The notes under the pieces were generated by a model. It saw only the letters and a program-made list of their open reading frames with translations. It had not been told where the DNA came from and searched no databases. A stretch of DNA of 64,000 nucleotides, taken from contig JAZDDZ010000042.1 in the NCBI GenBank assembly GCA_043809245.1, positions 1 through 64,000 of the forward strand, read 5' to 3'. This DNA comes from Candidatus Iainarchaeum sp. (GTDB lineage: Archaea > Iainarchaeota > Iainarchaeia > Iainarchaeales > JAZDDZ01). This document shows, piece by piece, positions 33,131 through 42,452 of this stretch. Numbering within the stretch: the stretch's first letter is position 1; every line of letters starts with the position of its first letter. The position numbers and the translations under genes are program-made.

Positions 33131-33811
33131 TCATTCGTTTTTTTCTTTCATTGTTTGTTCGAAGTATTTTGAAAAGTTCGTTTGTTTTAAGAGTCCCTTG
33201 ATTTTGGCTTGGTTCATTTTAACGGATTCAAGCAGGTCTTTGATGTCGGCCTTGTCTTTGAGGATTTTTGATTTTGTCCTCGCCCTGATTGTTGCGTCAA
33301 TCCTGATGCCCCTCGCGTCAAGAAACGCCTGCCTGTCCCTTAAAGCCTTGGCTTTGAACAGCAAAAGGAGTTCAGGGGAAGGCAGCCGCATTTTAAGGCC
33401 ATTGATTTGTTTTTCAACTGAATTCTTTTCAAGCAGGCTCCAGGGAACGCTTACTTGGTTGCTTTCAACCAGCCTGTTTTCGTCTTCAAAGCAATAATAG
33501 TCAAACCTTATCTCAGCCAGCCCCACAGGGGTTTTCACTATTTTAACGAAGTGGGTTTGCTGGTCGTGGAATTCCTCAATTTGGAATCCGTTTTCCTTGA
33601 AGTAACGGTTCATTGCATTATCCATTTCTTTTCTTGACTTGAATACGACGTCCACGTCAAGCGATTTTTGCTTTCCGGCAAAAGCAAAAACAGCCCAGCC
33701 GCCCACAATGAACGGGTTTACGGAAAGGTTTTTTTCACACCATTTAAGGAAGTTAAGCAGCTCTTTAAACGAAGCGGCAGTGCTTTCCTCGCCGTAAAAC
33801 ACTTCAGCCAA
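33131..33811 (-). CDS. Nucleotidyltransferase (AbiEii-like toxin candidate)
   Basis: IVGGWAV, SLDVD, LLLFKAKA, KDKADI. Confidence 0.7.
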   Translation of the reverse strand: MAEVFYGEESTAASFKELLNFLKWCEKNLSVNPFIVGGWAVFAFAGKQKSLDVDVVFKSRKEMDNAMNRYFKENGFQIEEFHDQQTHFVKIVKTPVGLAEIRFDYYCFEDENRLVESNQVSVPWSLLEKNSVEKQINGLKMRLPSPELLLLFKAKALRDRQAFLDARGIRIDATIRARTKSKILKDKADIKDLLESVKMNQAKIKGLLKQTNFSKYFEQTMKEKNE

Positions 33812-34415
33812 GCTTTGACCCCCACAATTGCCTGAACAACGGGTCTGCGGCAAAAGCCTTGTCATCGCAAACCAGGTCAATGACTGTCCTCACCTTAGAG
33901 GTAAGCAGTCGATTGCCTTTTTTCACTGGTTTGACGGCTGGAATGGGCCTGAATGCAAGCAATTGCGTCTGGTTGCCTTCAAATCCCGCAAATGCCTCGG
34001 AGATTTTTTTGGCTGTTTTTTCGCCGGCGTAAACGCACAGCCTGTTGCTTGCAAAATTAGGCGAAAAAAAGTCCTGCGCGGATTCAAGGCACAAAATCGC
34101 CTCTTTTGGAAGCCGCGCAAAAGCCTCGTTTTTGCCAAGCCCCAGGGAAATGGTTAAAATTTTCAATTGCCCCATGTGCCTGAAAAAACTGATAGCCGTG
34201 ACGATTCCAGCGGGGTCTGAAAGCCTGAAGGAATTGCCTTCCTTTTTCACGAAATTCTTCAATTTAAGCCAGTTAATAACCTTGTTAACCTGGCCAATGG
34301 AAACAGCCAGTTCCCTGCTTAACCGCCTTTGGGTGAAAGCCTTTTCCCCCAAAACAAATTCAATTATTTTAAAGGTTTTCTCAGAACTCAAATCCACAAA
34401 AAAACACCTGTTCAC
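33804..34415 (-). CDS. wHTH transcriptional regulator (AbiEi-like antitoxin candidate)
   Basis: FTQRRLSRELAVSIGQVNKVI HTH; C-terminal LTSKVRTVIDL; overlaps NTase start. Confidence 0.7.
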   Translation of the reverse strand: MNRCFFVDLSSEKTFKIIEFVLGEKAFTQRRLSRELAVSIGQVNKVINWLKLKNFVKKEGNSFRLSDPAGIVTAISFFRHMGQLKILTISLGLGKNEAFARLPKEAILCLESAQDFFSPNFASNRLCVYAGEKTAKKISEAFAGFEGNQTQLLAFRPIPAVKPVKKGNRLLTSKVRTVIDLVCDDKAFAADPLFRQLWGSKLG

Positions 34416-34446
34416 TATAAAGTGAACTGTTCATTATTAAGTGAAC
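34410..34446. promoter_or_regulatory. Tandem inverted-repeat operator of the wHTH-NTase pair
   Basis: GTTCAC-TATAAA-GTGAAC followed by GTTCAT-TATTAA-GTGAAC overlapping the start codon. Confidence 0.7.
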
Positions 34447-34722
34447 AACAGTTTTTAAACCTTGCCAGTGGCCTGCGGCGGGCATAAATTCGTTAACCCC
34501 ACAAATCCGGGCAGTTATGTTTTTTGCGGGGTTAACTATGCCGGCAAAGTTGCTTTACAGTTACAACCACAAAAAACAGCATAAAACGCGGGCATAACCC
34601 ACGAAACCGAAACGAATGTTTAACCGGCTTTGAAACGCCTAATGCTGCAGGGGATTCCGCCCCCGCCTTGGGCTTTATTTTTTCTTTTTTTTCTTTGCCT
34701 TTTTTTTTGCGCGTTTTTGTAA

Positions 34723-35166
34723 TCAGTTTGACTGGCGGATTTTTTCTTCAATGGCAAGGGGGTTATGCTTGCGGGTTTGGCGGTATTGGGTCCACAGCAG
34801 CATGTCCTGCTTGATGTGGGGCTTGCCTTTTTCAGGGGTTTTCTTGTCTGAAAGCTCTTTTTCGTTAAGCCCGATTATTTCGTCGTATGCTGCAATCAGT
34901 TTTTTTAGATGCGTTCTTGCATCACCCAACAGGCTAAGGGTTTCTTTTCCCGTGGTTTTCTCTAGATGCTTCAGCAACCGGGTGGCTTCAGCTTCGCCTT
35001 TTTCTATTCGGCCCATGACAGGCATGGCCTTTTTGAAATACTTTCTTTTTCTGCCTGTTGCCTCAAGCCCTTTGATTACCTGCCTGTGAACCCGCCACCT
35101 GCCCACAGAACGTAAAGGGTGACTGATGAACTCCGGCACATTCCACGGCCTTCCACTCTTTGGCAT
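34723..35166 (-). CDS. Hypothetical basic protein
   Basis: ORF with upstream TATA-like element; no motif. Confidence 0.5.
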   Translation of the reverse strand: MPKSGRPWNVPEFISHPLRSVGRWRVHRQVIKGLEATGRKRKYFKKAMPVMGRIEKGEAEATRLLKHLEKTTGKETLSLLGDARTHLKKLIAAYDEIIGLNEKELSDKKTPEKGKPHIKQDMLLWTQYRQTRKHNPLAIEEKIRQSN

Positions 35167-35222
35167 GTATTAGTTATGGTTTAGGGAAATATATTGGTTT
35201 CGGAACCGCTGGCCATTTGAGG

Positions 35223-36005
35223 TTAGAGTCCTTCAAGAAGCCCTGTTCCATGCAGTTCATGCATGAATGCCGACCTGCGTATTTCTGTTAACTGGACTAC
35301 CTTGAGTATGCCGCCTGAAGGAATAACCATTTGTCCGTTGATAATGGCTTGGCGCAGATATAATGGATTTTTTTTCCCTATATAGTCCTTGTAAAGCCCA
35401 ATAAGTTCTTCGCTGCCGACCTTTTTTTTGGAAAGAGGCACAGGCACCTGGGCTTCTTTTCTGGCTTTCTTTCGCGATTTTTCAGACATTAAAAATTCCT
35501 TTTTTTCAAGCACAGGCCCTGGCTTTTGCATTGCAATAGATTTTTGGGCAGTTGTGCCTGTGACTCCTGCCGCCTTTGCCGTCAAACCTGTTTCTTTGAT
35601 TGGATTTTCAGCACGGTTCCCGGGGAGTATTCCTGCAGGGGTTTCTGTTTTAGCCTGCTTTGATTCCGGCATTCTCACCTTAATGAGGATTTCTTCCGCA
35701 ATAGCTCGCCTTTGCGCAGTGCTTAGCGTTCTCACGTGAGTGAAATCCAAGCGAGGGGTAAATCCCCCGCGATTCCTTTTGTGCACTGCTCTACGCAATG
35801 AAACCACCTCACTCTTGACCTGGCTTGGTGTAATGCCACTAAATCCTGCGTGATTAAGCGCCACTGCTATTCTGCCTGCATCCCGTTCCCCGGCACGAGT
35901 CACAATGTCAAAAATAAGCTTCCTTCTTGCGACAGTATCCCACTGGGCAGCGGACATTTCCTCTAGGGGAGGGAACTTGCCAAGGCCGCCTTTCCTTTTT
36001 AGCAT
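35223..36005 (-). CDS. Hypothetical basic protein
   Basis: 260 aa ORF, no recognisable motif. Confidence 0.55.
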   Translation of the reverse strand: MLKRKGGLGKFPPLEEMSAAQWDTVARRKLIFDIVTRAGERDAGRIAVALNHAGFSGITPSQVKSEVVSLRRAVHKRNRGGFTPRLDFTHVRTLSTAQRRAIAEEILIKVRMPESKQAKTETPAGILPGNRAENPIKETGLTAKAAGVTGTTAQKSIAMQKPGPVLEKKEFLMSEKSRKKARKEAQVPVPLSKKKVGSEELIGLYKDYIGKKNPLYLRQAIINGQMVIPSGGILKVVQLTEIRRSAFMHELHGTGLLEGL

Positions 36006-36136
36006 AAAGAGTTAATAGGGCAAGGAGTATTTATTGGTTTTTGTTTTGGAAGCTGCTAGCAGCGCGCGCGGGGTTTTTTTTTGGTTTTTCAGTGAAAACC
36101 GGGAGAGGGGTTTTTTGAAGCGTGAAAGGGTTGTTT

Positions 36137-36475
36137 TTATTTTTGAGAAAGGTTTATTTTCAGCAGATCCAATACGAGTTTTTCTATTGTGCTTTGTTTT
36201 TCTTTGGAGGCAACGCCGATTTTGCGCTTGAAGCGCACTTCATCCAATGAAACGATTTGAAATACTAGTGCAATGCTGTCGGCTGTCAACCCGTTTTCAG
36301 AGTTTTTTTCTATTAGCGCGGTGAAGGAAAACCGCGCGCAATCCGGGTTAGCCGTCAACGGAACGGCAATTGCCAAGCCGTTAGCCTGGCCCAATACAAT
36401 GGCTGGGCGTTCTCCTTTTTGTTCGTGGCCTTTGCCGTCGGTTAGGTCTACAATCCAGATTTCGCCTTTTTTCAT
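36137..36475 (-). CDS. MazF/PemK family endoribonuclease toxin
   Basis: KGEIWIV..GHEQKGERPAIV, VPLT, NGLTADS..LVFQI. Confidence 0.92.
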   Translation of the reverse strand: MKKGEIWIVDLTDGKGHEQKGERPAIVLGQANGLAIAVPLTANPDCARFSFTALIEKNSENGLTADSIALVFQIVSLDEVRFKRKIGVASKEKQSTIEKLVLDLLKINLSQK

Positions 36476-36481
36476 TGAAAA

Positions 36482-37012
36482 CTATCCTCGAATGGTTTTC
36501 GCTGATGCTTCCTGCCAGGGCTTTAATTCCTGCCTTAAATCCGCGAGGTCTTTTTCGCTTGGCCTGAACAGGAATTCTTTTGCTTTAGAGATGCCGATGG
36601 CAATCTGCGGTTCCGAATAGAATGACTTCATTTTTTTTACATTCTTTAAAGCGGTTATCGGGTCTTGTTTCTCTTCAAAAGCGAAAAAAGAATAGGTTGA
36701 CGCGACTTCCAAAATGCTTGGCTTGAGTTCGCCGAAAACTTCTCTGAATTCTTCAAGGAATTTTGTTTCACTTTTTGAAATGTTTGAAGAACAGTCAAGA
36801 TTCTGAACCTTTGTTTTATTTTCATAAATCTGGTCGGTTAATTCTTTGGAGTAAGGGCCGCGCATATACAAGTTAAAATTAAATCCCGTTTTAATGCCCT
36901 TTAAGTCTAATAAATAAACTGATTTCTGAATAATCAGTCTATCCGCAAATTCATCAACTACTGGCGTGAAACCCAATTCCTTAAAGCAAGCAATCACCTT
37001 ATCCAAATTCAT
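36482..37012 (-). CDS. YwgA/Panacea(SocA)-like protein, putative antitoxin
   Basis: RLIIQKSVYLL, FNLYMRGPYSKEL, LEVAST; directly upstream of MazF. Confidence 0.6.
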   Translation of the reverse strand: MNLDKVIACFKELGFTPVVDEFADRLIIQKSVYLLDLKGIKTGFNFNLYMRGPYSKELTDQIYENKTKVQNLDCSSNISKSETKFLEEFREVFGELKPSILEVASTYSFFAFEEKQDPITALKNVKKMKSFYSEPQIAIGISKAKEFLFRPSEKDLADLRQELKPWQEASAKTIRG

Positions 37013-37341
37013 TCTTTCACCCCGCATTCAACAAATTTTTTCAGCCAATTTTTTATCTGTTCCCAGGCCTGTTGCCCCTCTGAAGTAACTTTGTAAGAAT
37101 CCAAGTTTTTACCCTCAAGAATGATTTTTTGTGATTTAATATAACCGTTTCCTTCCAATGCTTTAAGGTTCGTGTAAAGCGCCCCGTCTGTTACCTGCAG
37201 GGTTGCTTTCAATTCGCGGTATGTAATTCCGTCTTCGCCAAAGCCAGCAATGCTTGACAGCAACTGCAGCCTAATCAAGGAAAAAACACTTGAATTCAGC
37301 GCCTTAGATTCTTCCAACAAGGATAAAAAATTGCTGTCCAT
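37009..37341 (-). CDS. Winged-helix transcriptional regulator
   Basis: RLQLL..ITYRELKATLQVTDGALYTNLKALEGNGYI; upstream palindrome TACTTT-N7-AAAGTA (37410-37428). Confidence 0.85.
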   Translation of the reverse strand: MDSNFLSLLEESKALNSSVFSLIRLQLLSSIAGFGEDGITYRELKATLQVTDGALYTNLKALEGNGYIKSQKIILEGKNLDSYKVTSEGQQAWEQIKNWLKKFVECGVKE

Positions 37342-37595
37342 AAATATTCCCCCTGCGCGCCAGTTTTTTAACATATGAGCTACCGTTAAGGTTAAAAAGC
37401 TTTTATAAATACTTTAATATTAAAAGTAAATGCAAAAGCCTATTTAAATGGTCGCCTTATGGAAAAGGCTGGATTGCTGAAGGAAAAATTGCAGGTGACC
37501 TCCAGAGCAAAAAAACCAATGTAATACGCTATAAGGAATTAGAAAAAAACAATGCACCTGCCAGCTGTGCAAAAAGCTTGGAATTTAATGAGAAG

Positions 37596-38228
37596 ATGGT
37601 TTTTGTGAATCTTGAAAATTTTTCATTGCAAAACATTTACGATTTAACGAGAATTATGCGCGTTCCTCATGAAAAAATTGAGTTTGTTCACGCCCAAGAA
37701 ATAATTGGCGTAATGAAGTCAACAGACAAAAAAATCACTGTTCACTTGTATCCTTTAAGATTTTCAAGACCGAAGAAAGAACGCTTGCTGGAGTACGACA
37801 AATGGAGCTATCACCAAATTTGCCTGGCAATCAAAAACAGCCATATTTATTGTTGCTTGGGTCATGGCGACTCCAGCGGGTCAAGAGCGATTCACAACCA
37901 AATGATTGAGCTTTTTCTGCAAGACAAAAAGCTGCGGGAAAAAACTCCCACAGCGGTACTTGTAACATTCAAAGGAAACGTCATGGCATATTATTTCTAC
38001 AAAAAATACGCTTATCTGAACGAGGATGTTGGCGGCAACTGGAAAATTGGATTAGGAAAAGAATTGGCAAAAAAACGCATTCCTTTTTCCCAAAGAAAAA
38101 TTTTGGACGGAGGCCGCGAAATCATATTCAAAACACCAACAAAAGAGGCCGTTGTCTTCAGGGCGCTTCAAGAAGAACTTACAAAACCAGGGCAAATTAT
38201 TTCCGAAAGCAAAGGCCTGTTGTTTTAG
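37596..38228 (+). CDS. Hypothetical protein
   Basis: ORF only. Confidence 0.5.
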   Translation: MVFVNLENFSLQNIYDLTRIMRVPHEKIEFVHAQEIIGVMKSTDKKITVHLYPLRFSRPKKERLLEYDKWSYHQICLAIKNSHIYCCLGHGDSSGSRAIHNQMIELFLQDKKLREKTPTAVLVTFKGNVMAYYFYKKYAYLNEDVGGNWKIGLGKELAKKRIPFSQRKILDGGREIIFKTPTKEAVVFRALQEELTKPGQIISESKGLLF

Positions 38229-38515
38229 GTCTTTTTTGCATTTGCATTTAATGGCGCTCATGGCCGCCTTTTTGGAATAAGCAAAATTAAAAAACTGCTT
38301 TAACCGGGTTAAAGCAAAAGGCCAGGCAATCAGCTTTATGCGCGTGCCTTTTCTCTCAAGTACTTCTTTTTGCGCTTTTTTCTGCGCATTTTCTTTTTCT
38401 TCCACTTCCAGCGCTGGCGTGCCTTTGTTTTTTTGAAGCGCGAAGTGTCTTTAGCCCTAGAACCCAAGTTATTTCACCAATAGAATTTTATAGTAGTTTA
38501 ATTCATATCTTTTCC

Positions 38516-39364
38516 ATGAAAGCATTTAAAAAGCATTTACTTGCCATGGGGTTAATCGTGTTATTGGCTTCAATTGCCAATGCAGCCACAATAAATGCCC
38601 CGCAAAAGCTTCCAAGCGGGGCAAACTGGAGTTTTTCCATTGCATTGGATGCAACTGATTCCTTTGAAAAAACCGTGGTTTTATTGGATGGAAGCGAAAT
38701 TGCAACGGTTTACGCAAACGGGCAGGTAACAAAAAGCGGAGCGCTTGTACTGGATGCCTTCACTTTTGACTCAGAGCCGGCAAGCAATTCAGGCTTAACC
38801 TTATACGTTTCAGGCATGGGTTTAAGCACTGGAAGCCATTCAGTTAACGCCAAAACCTATAACTCAGGAGAATTAAAGCAAGAGGACAGCGCCTCAATTG
38901 AAGTCTTTGAGCCCATGGCAAGCAGCGAAAAAGATTCACTAGAGCAGAGGATTTCAGGCGCGGAAGCAAACATTGAAGAGCTAAGGACAAGCATTACAAG
39001 CACAAACGTGGACAACGGGGTTTTAATGGATAGAATGAATCAAAGAAACGAGGACGTGGATTACTTGCAGGGAAAAGTGCAGGAACTGGAGGCAATGCTT
39101 TCAACGGCAAGCACGGATTTAAGCGCGTTAAAAGCGGAAAGCGATAAGGCAAAAGAAGAGGAAATGCTCAAACAGCAGGCGGAAATGCAGGCACAAAATT
39201 CAGGCAGCGGGGAAAGCGAGGGATTGGTTACAACTGGCCTGTTTGTTTTAAGGAAAAACAGCAATTTTTTGATTGCATTGGCGTTTGTAGTGGCAGCGGC
39301 AATGGTTGGATTGTTTTTCTGGAATAAGAGAAAAAAATCGATTTACGACGGGCCGATTGATTAA
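38516..39364 (+). CDS. Secreted coiled-coil protein with C-terminal membrane anchor
   Basis: Signal peptide ANA, heptad region, TTGLF then TM helix and basic tail. Confidence 0.75.
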   Translation: MKAFKKHLLAMGLIVLLASIANAATINAPQKLPSGANWSFSIALDATDSFEKTVVLLDGSEIATVYANGQVTKSGALVLDAFTFDSEPASNSGLTLYVSGMGLSTGSHSVNAKTYNSGELKQEDSASIEVFEPMASSEKDSLEQRISGAEANIEELRTSITSTNVDNGVLMDRMNQRNEDVDYLQGKVQELEAMLSTASTDLSALKAESDKAKEEEMLKQQAEMQAQNSGSGESEGLVTTGLFVLRKNSNFLIALAFVVAAAMVGLFFWNKRKKSIYDGPID

Positions 39365-39407
39365 ACGCGCCTTTTTTCTACCCGCTTGCGCGGGTGACCA
39401 CGCATTG

Positions 39408-40358
39408 CTATTTTGTGGTCACCTTTAGTTTTTTTCTTAGCGCTTTGTATTCCTCAAGCAGCAATTCAATGGTTGGCCTGATGTTATGGTTGTTCTCGTA
39501 TTCTTGCAGGGATCGGTAGTATTTTTTGCGGTTTTTCAAGTCAATGTTTACCGGCGGCAAACCGTGTTTTAAGAGAATATTGTTCATCAGGATTCTGCCG
39601 ACCCTGCCATTTCCGTCCTGGAATGGGTGAATGTTTTCAAACTGGTTGTGGACAACGCTCGCGAGCAATATTGGGGGATATTTGTTTTTGCATTTGTTAT
39701 ACCACTTGACAAGCTCTTTAAGCAATTCAGGGACTTTTTCTGGCGGCGCGCCCTGATGCACTATGTTGCCCAAGCCACCCGTCACCACTACGTTGATTCC
39801 TTTTTCCCTCAATTTTCCCGCAAATAGCTTGGAGTTCTCAAATATTATTTTATGGATTTGCAGAATAAGCTCTTTTGAAATGTGTTCTTTTGTTTGCCTG
39901 GTAAATTTTATCGCTTCTTGCACACCATATGCCTCGGAAATGTCTTCCCTGCTTTTGTCTTTCGGCCACTTGTCTTTTTCCAGAATTTCTTTGACTTCCC
40001 TTCGGTTTAATTCCGAGCCTTCGATTGCATTAGTGTTGTAAGTGAATAGCTCCGAGAACCTTTGCCACTGCTCTTCGGACAGGCGGAATATTTTGAAGGA
40101 TTTTGCCGCCTGAAGCTCTTTAATTTTCTGAATTTCTTCCTCTGACAAAACTTCCAGCAACGGATCGCTTATTTTCTTTAAAACATTAATTCTATGCAGA
40201 ATTTGCTGTTCAACAATTTTTCTGGTTTTTTCAAGCTCTTCCTTTCCCAGATTAATACCCAGATAGCGCCTAATCTTTTTGACCTTTTTTCCACGCCTGA
40301 ACGAGTGCACCAAATAGTATTTTTTCCTGTCTTTTGCTTTCCGAACCTCTACAAACAT
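39408..40358 (-). CDS. Fic family protein (AMPylase motif intact)
   Basis: HPFQDGNGRVGR; TYNTNAIEGS inhibitory-helix-like motif. Confidence 0.92.
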   Translation of the reverse strand: MFVEVRKAKDRKKYYLVHSFRRGKKVKKIRRYLGINLGKEELEKTRKIVEQQILHRINVLKKISDPLLEVLSEEEIQKIKELQAAKSFKIFRLSEEQWQRFSELFTYNTNAIEGSELNRREVKEILEKDKWPKDKSREDISEAYGVQEAIKFTRQTKEHISKELILQIHKIIFENSKLFAGKLREKGINVVVTGGLGNIVHQGAPPEKVPELLKELVKWYNKCKNKYPPILLASVVHNQFENIHPFQDGNGRVGRILMNNILLKHGLPPVNIDLKNRKKYYRSLQEYENNHNIRPTIELLLEEYKALRKKLKVTTK

Positions 40359-40412
40359 ACTAATAATTTGGGTGGCTACAATTTTTAAACGTATTGTAAA
40401 AATTGGCTACAA

Positions 40413-42107
40413 TTAGATGCACGCCTTAGTGAACCCCAAAAACAACGGGTTTGGTTTTGTCGGCCTGGAAGTGAATTCAGGGTGGAATTGCGAGGCAATG
40501 AAGAATTTATGCGAGGGCAGCTCCAAAATCTGCATAATGGTTTCCTTTGGTGCGCGCCCGGAAAACTTTAAGCCTTTTTTTTCCACTGTTTTAATGTATT
40601 TTGGGTTCATTTCAAAGCGGTGCCTGAAGCGCTCCCTCACCAAAGATTTTTTGTAAAGCTTGAAAGCCAGGGAATTCTTTGAAACCAAAACATTATGGCC
40701 GCCTAAACGCAAAGTGCCTCCTAACCCGAAAAGCTTTTGCTGTTCCGGCAAAATGCAGATAACAGGGTGAGGGGTTTTAGGGTTAATTTCAGTGCTGTTG
40801 GCGTTCTTTAAACCGCAGACATTGCGCGCGAATTCAATTGCAGCCATTTGAAAACCCAGGCACAAGCCGAGAAAAGGAATGTTTGATTCGCGGGCGTACT
40901 TAACGCAGGCGATTTTGCCCTCAATTCCGCGGGAGCCAAAACCACCGGGAACAATCAGGCCGTCAACTTTGCTCATTTCCAGTTCAACGCTTTTCTTGCC
41001 TTCCTCAATGTCAGTAGTGTCAATCCATTTAACGTTAATTTTAACTTTAAGTTCTCCGGCGCAGTGCTCCAAGGCCTTCAAAATGCTGATGTAGGCGTCA
41101 TTCAAGCCCAAATATTTTCCGGCAATGCCGATAGTGATGTGTTTTCTCGGGTTTTTGACAACACATTTGTCAGTCCAGGCAATGAGTTTCTTGTTGCCGT
41201 TTAACTTGAATTTTTTATCCAGGCAAAGCGAGGAAAGGATTGCGGAGTCAACGCCCTGTTTTCTCAAAAAAAGCGGGAGAGAATAAATGTTGTCAACGTT
41301 GTGCGCGCCGATAACCCTTTCAACTGGAACATTCACAAACAAGGAAATCTTTTCTTTCACTTTTTCGGTTATGGGTTTTTCGCTGCGGCAAATTATGAGG
41401 TCAGGCATTATTCCGAGTTCCATTACGCGTTTTATTCCCATTTGCGCTGCCTTGGTTTTGAATTCCCCAACGCTCGGCGGCTCCATTATGTAGGTCACGT
41501 TGACAAAGCAGACGTTTTGCTTTCCTTCCTCGTAAATCAGCTCGCGGATTGCCTCCATTGCGAAAAGGTTTTCGTAGTCTCCGACTGTTCCGCCAATTTC
41601 AACCAATACAACGTCGGCTTTTGTTTTAACCGCAATGTCGCGCAAAATTTTTTTCGCTTCCCCTGTAACATGGGGAATGAACTGGACATCGCGGCCCAAA
41701 TACTCGCCGCGGCGTTCTTTTTCAATTATTTTTTGGTAAATGCGGCCGCTTGTGACAAAGTGGTCTCCGCTTAACTGCTTGTCCAAAAAGCGTTCATAGC
41801 TGCCCAAATCCATGTCAGTTTCGCTTCCATCATCCAAAACAAATACTTCTCCGTGGCGGTAAGGGTTTAATGTTCCTGCGTCAACGTTCAGATAGGCTTC
41901 AAGTTTCATTGGCTCTACTTTTAAACCGCGGTCTTCCAATAGCTTTGCAATGCAGGAAGTCGTAATGCCTTTTCCGATTCCGCTCATCACGGAACCTGTA
42001 ATTATCACAAACTTGGTTTTGCCGGATTTGTAGCCACGCGGCATAGGGGTGTAGAATTCGTCGCTGGATTTCTTTACAATTGCATTAACTAGCTCTAGGT
42101 TACTCAT
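40413..42107 (-). CDS. pyrG: CTP synthase
   Basis: GSVMSGIGKG, HGEVFV, GGFG, GLCLG, RHRFE, QFHPEF; ATG 42107. Confidence 0.97.
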   Translation of the reverse strand: MSNLELVNAIVKKSSDEFYTPMPRGYKSGKTKFVIITGSVMSGIGKGITTSCIAKLLEDRGLKVEPMKLEAYLNVDAGTLNPYRHGEVFVLDDGSETDMDLGSYERFLDKQLSGDHFVTSGRIYQKIIEKERRGEYLGRDVQFIPHVTGEAKKILRDIAVKTKADVVLVEIGGTVGDYENLFAMEAIRELIYEEGKQNVCFVNVTYIMEPPSVGEFKTKAAQMGIKRVMELGIMPDLIICRSEKPITEKVKEKISLFVNVPVERVIGAHNVDNIYSLPLFLRKQGVDSAILSSLCLDKKFKLNGNKKLIAWTDKCVVKNPRKHITIGIAGKYLGLNDAYISILKALEHCAGELKVKINVKWIDTTDIEEGKKSVELEMSKVDGLIVPGGFGSRGIEGKIACVKYARESNIPFLGLCLGFQMAAIEFARNVCGLKNANSTEINPKTPHPVICILPEQQKLFGLGGTLRLGGHNVLVSKNSLAFKLYKKSLVRERFRHRFEMNPKYIKTVEKKGLKFSGRAPKETIMQILELPSHKFFIASQFHPEFTSRPTKPNPLFLGFTKACI

Positions 42108-42293
42108 AAGGCTGACCCCACCAAAACAATTAATTGAGGGAGGAGAGTTATTTAAATTTAATCCTTGCGTTAGAGAAATACTAGTGTCCTGCGAGCGCAG
42201 GGTGACATGTACCAGCCGGACATGCGAACGAAGTGAGCACGCGGGAGGGAGCCCAAGCGACCTCACGCTCGTACCCGGCGGACGTGACGCCGA

Positions 42294-42368
42294 GGGGCGG
42301 TAGTATAGCCTGGTCCAGTATTCCGGCTTCGGGAGCCGGCGACCCCGGTTCAAATCCGGGCCGCCCCA
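42294..42368 (+). tRNA. tRNA-Pro(CGG)
   Basis: GGGGCGG/CCGCCCC acceptor, CCGGC-TTCGGGA-GCCGG anticodon arm, TTCAAATC. Confidence 0.95.
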
Positions 42369-42375
42369 TACAAGA

Positions 42376-42406
42376 AAAGGGATGGTACAATTTGTACCCA
42401 TCCTTT
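42376..42406 (+). terminator. Hairpin downstream of tRNA-Pro
   Basis: AAGGGATG-GTACA-ATT-TGTAC-C-CATCCTT. Confidence 0.4.
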
Positions 42407-42452
42407 CCCATCAAAAGAGGATAAATTCAGTTGTAAACAAATTGTTAACATC

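Noticed and set aside
42181-42293. Possible 5S rRNA
   Set aside because: Size is similar but no terminal helix I or conserved CCGAAC/loop E pattern
42108-42401. N-terminal extension of the pyrG ORF in the track
   Set aside because: It is the antisense of tRNA-Pro and its leader; real start is ATG 42107
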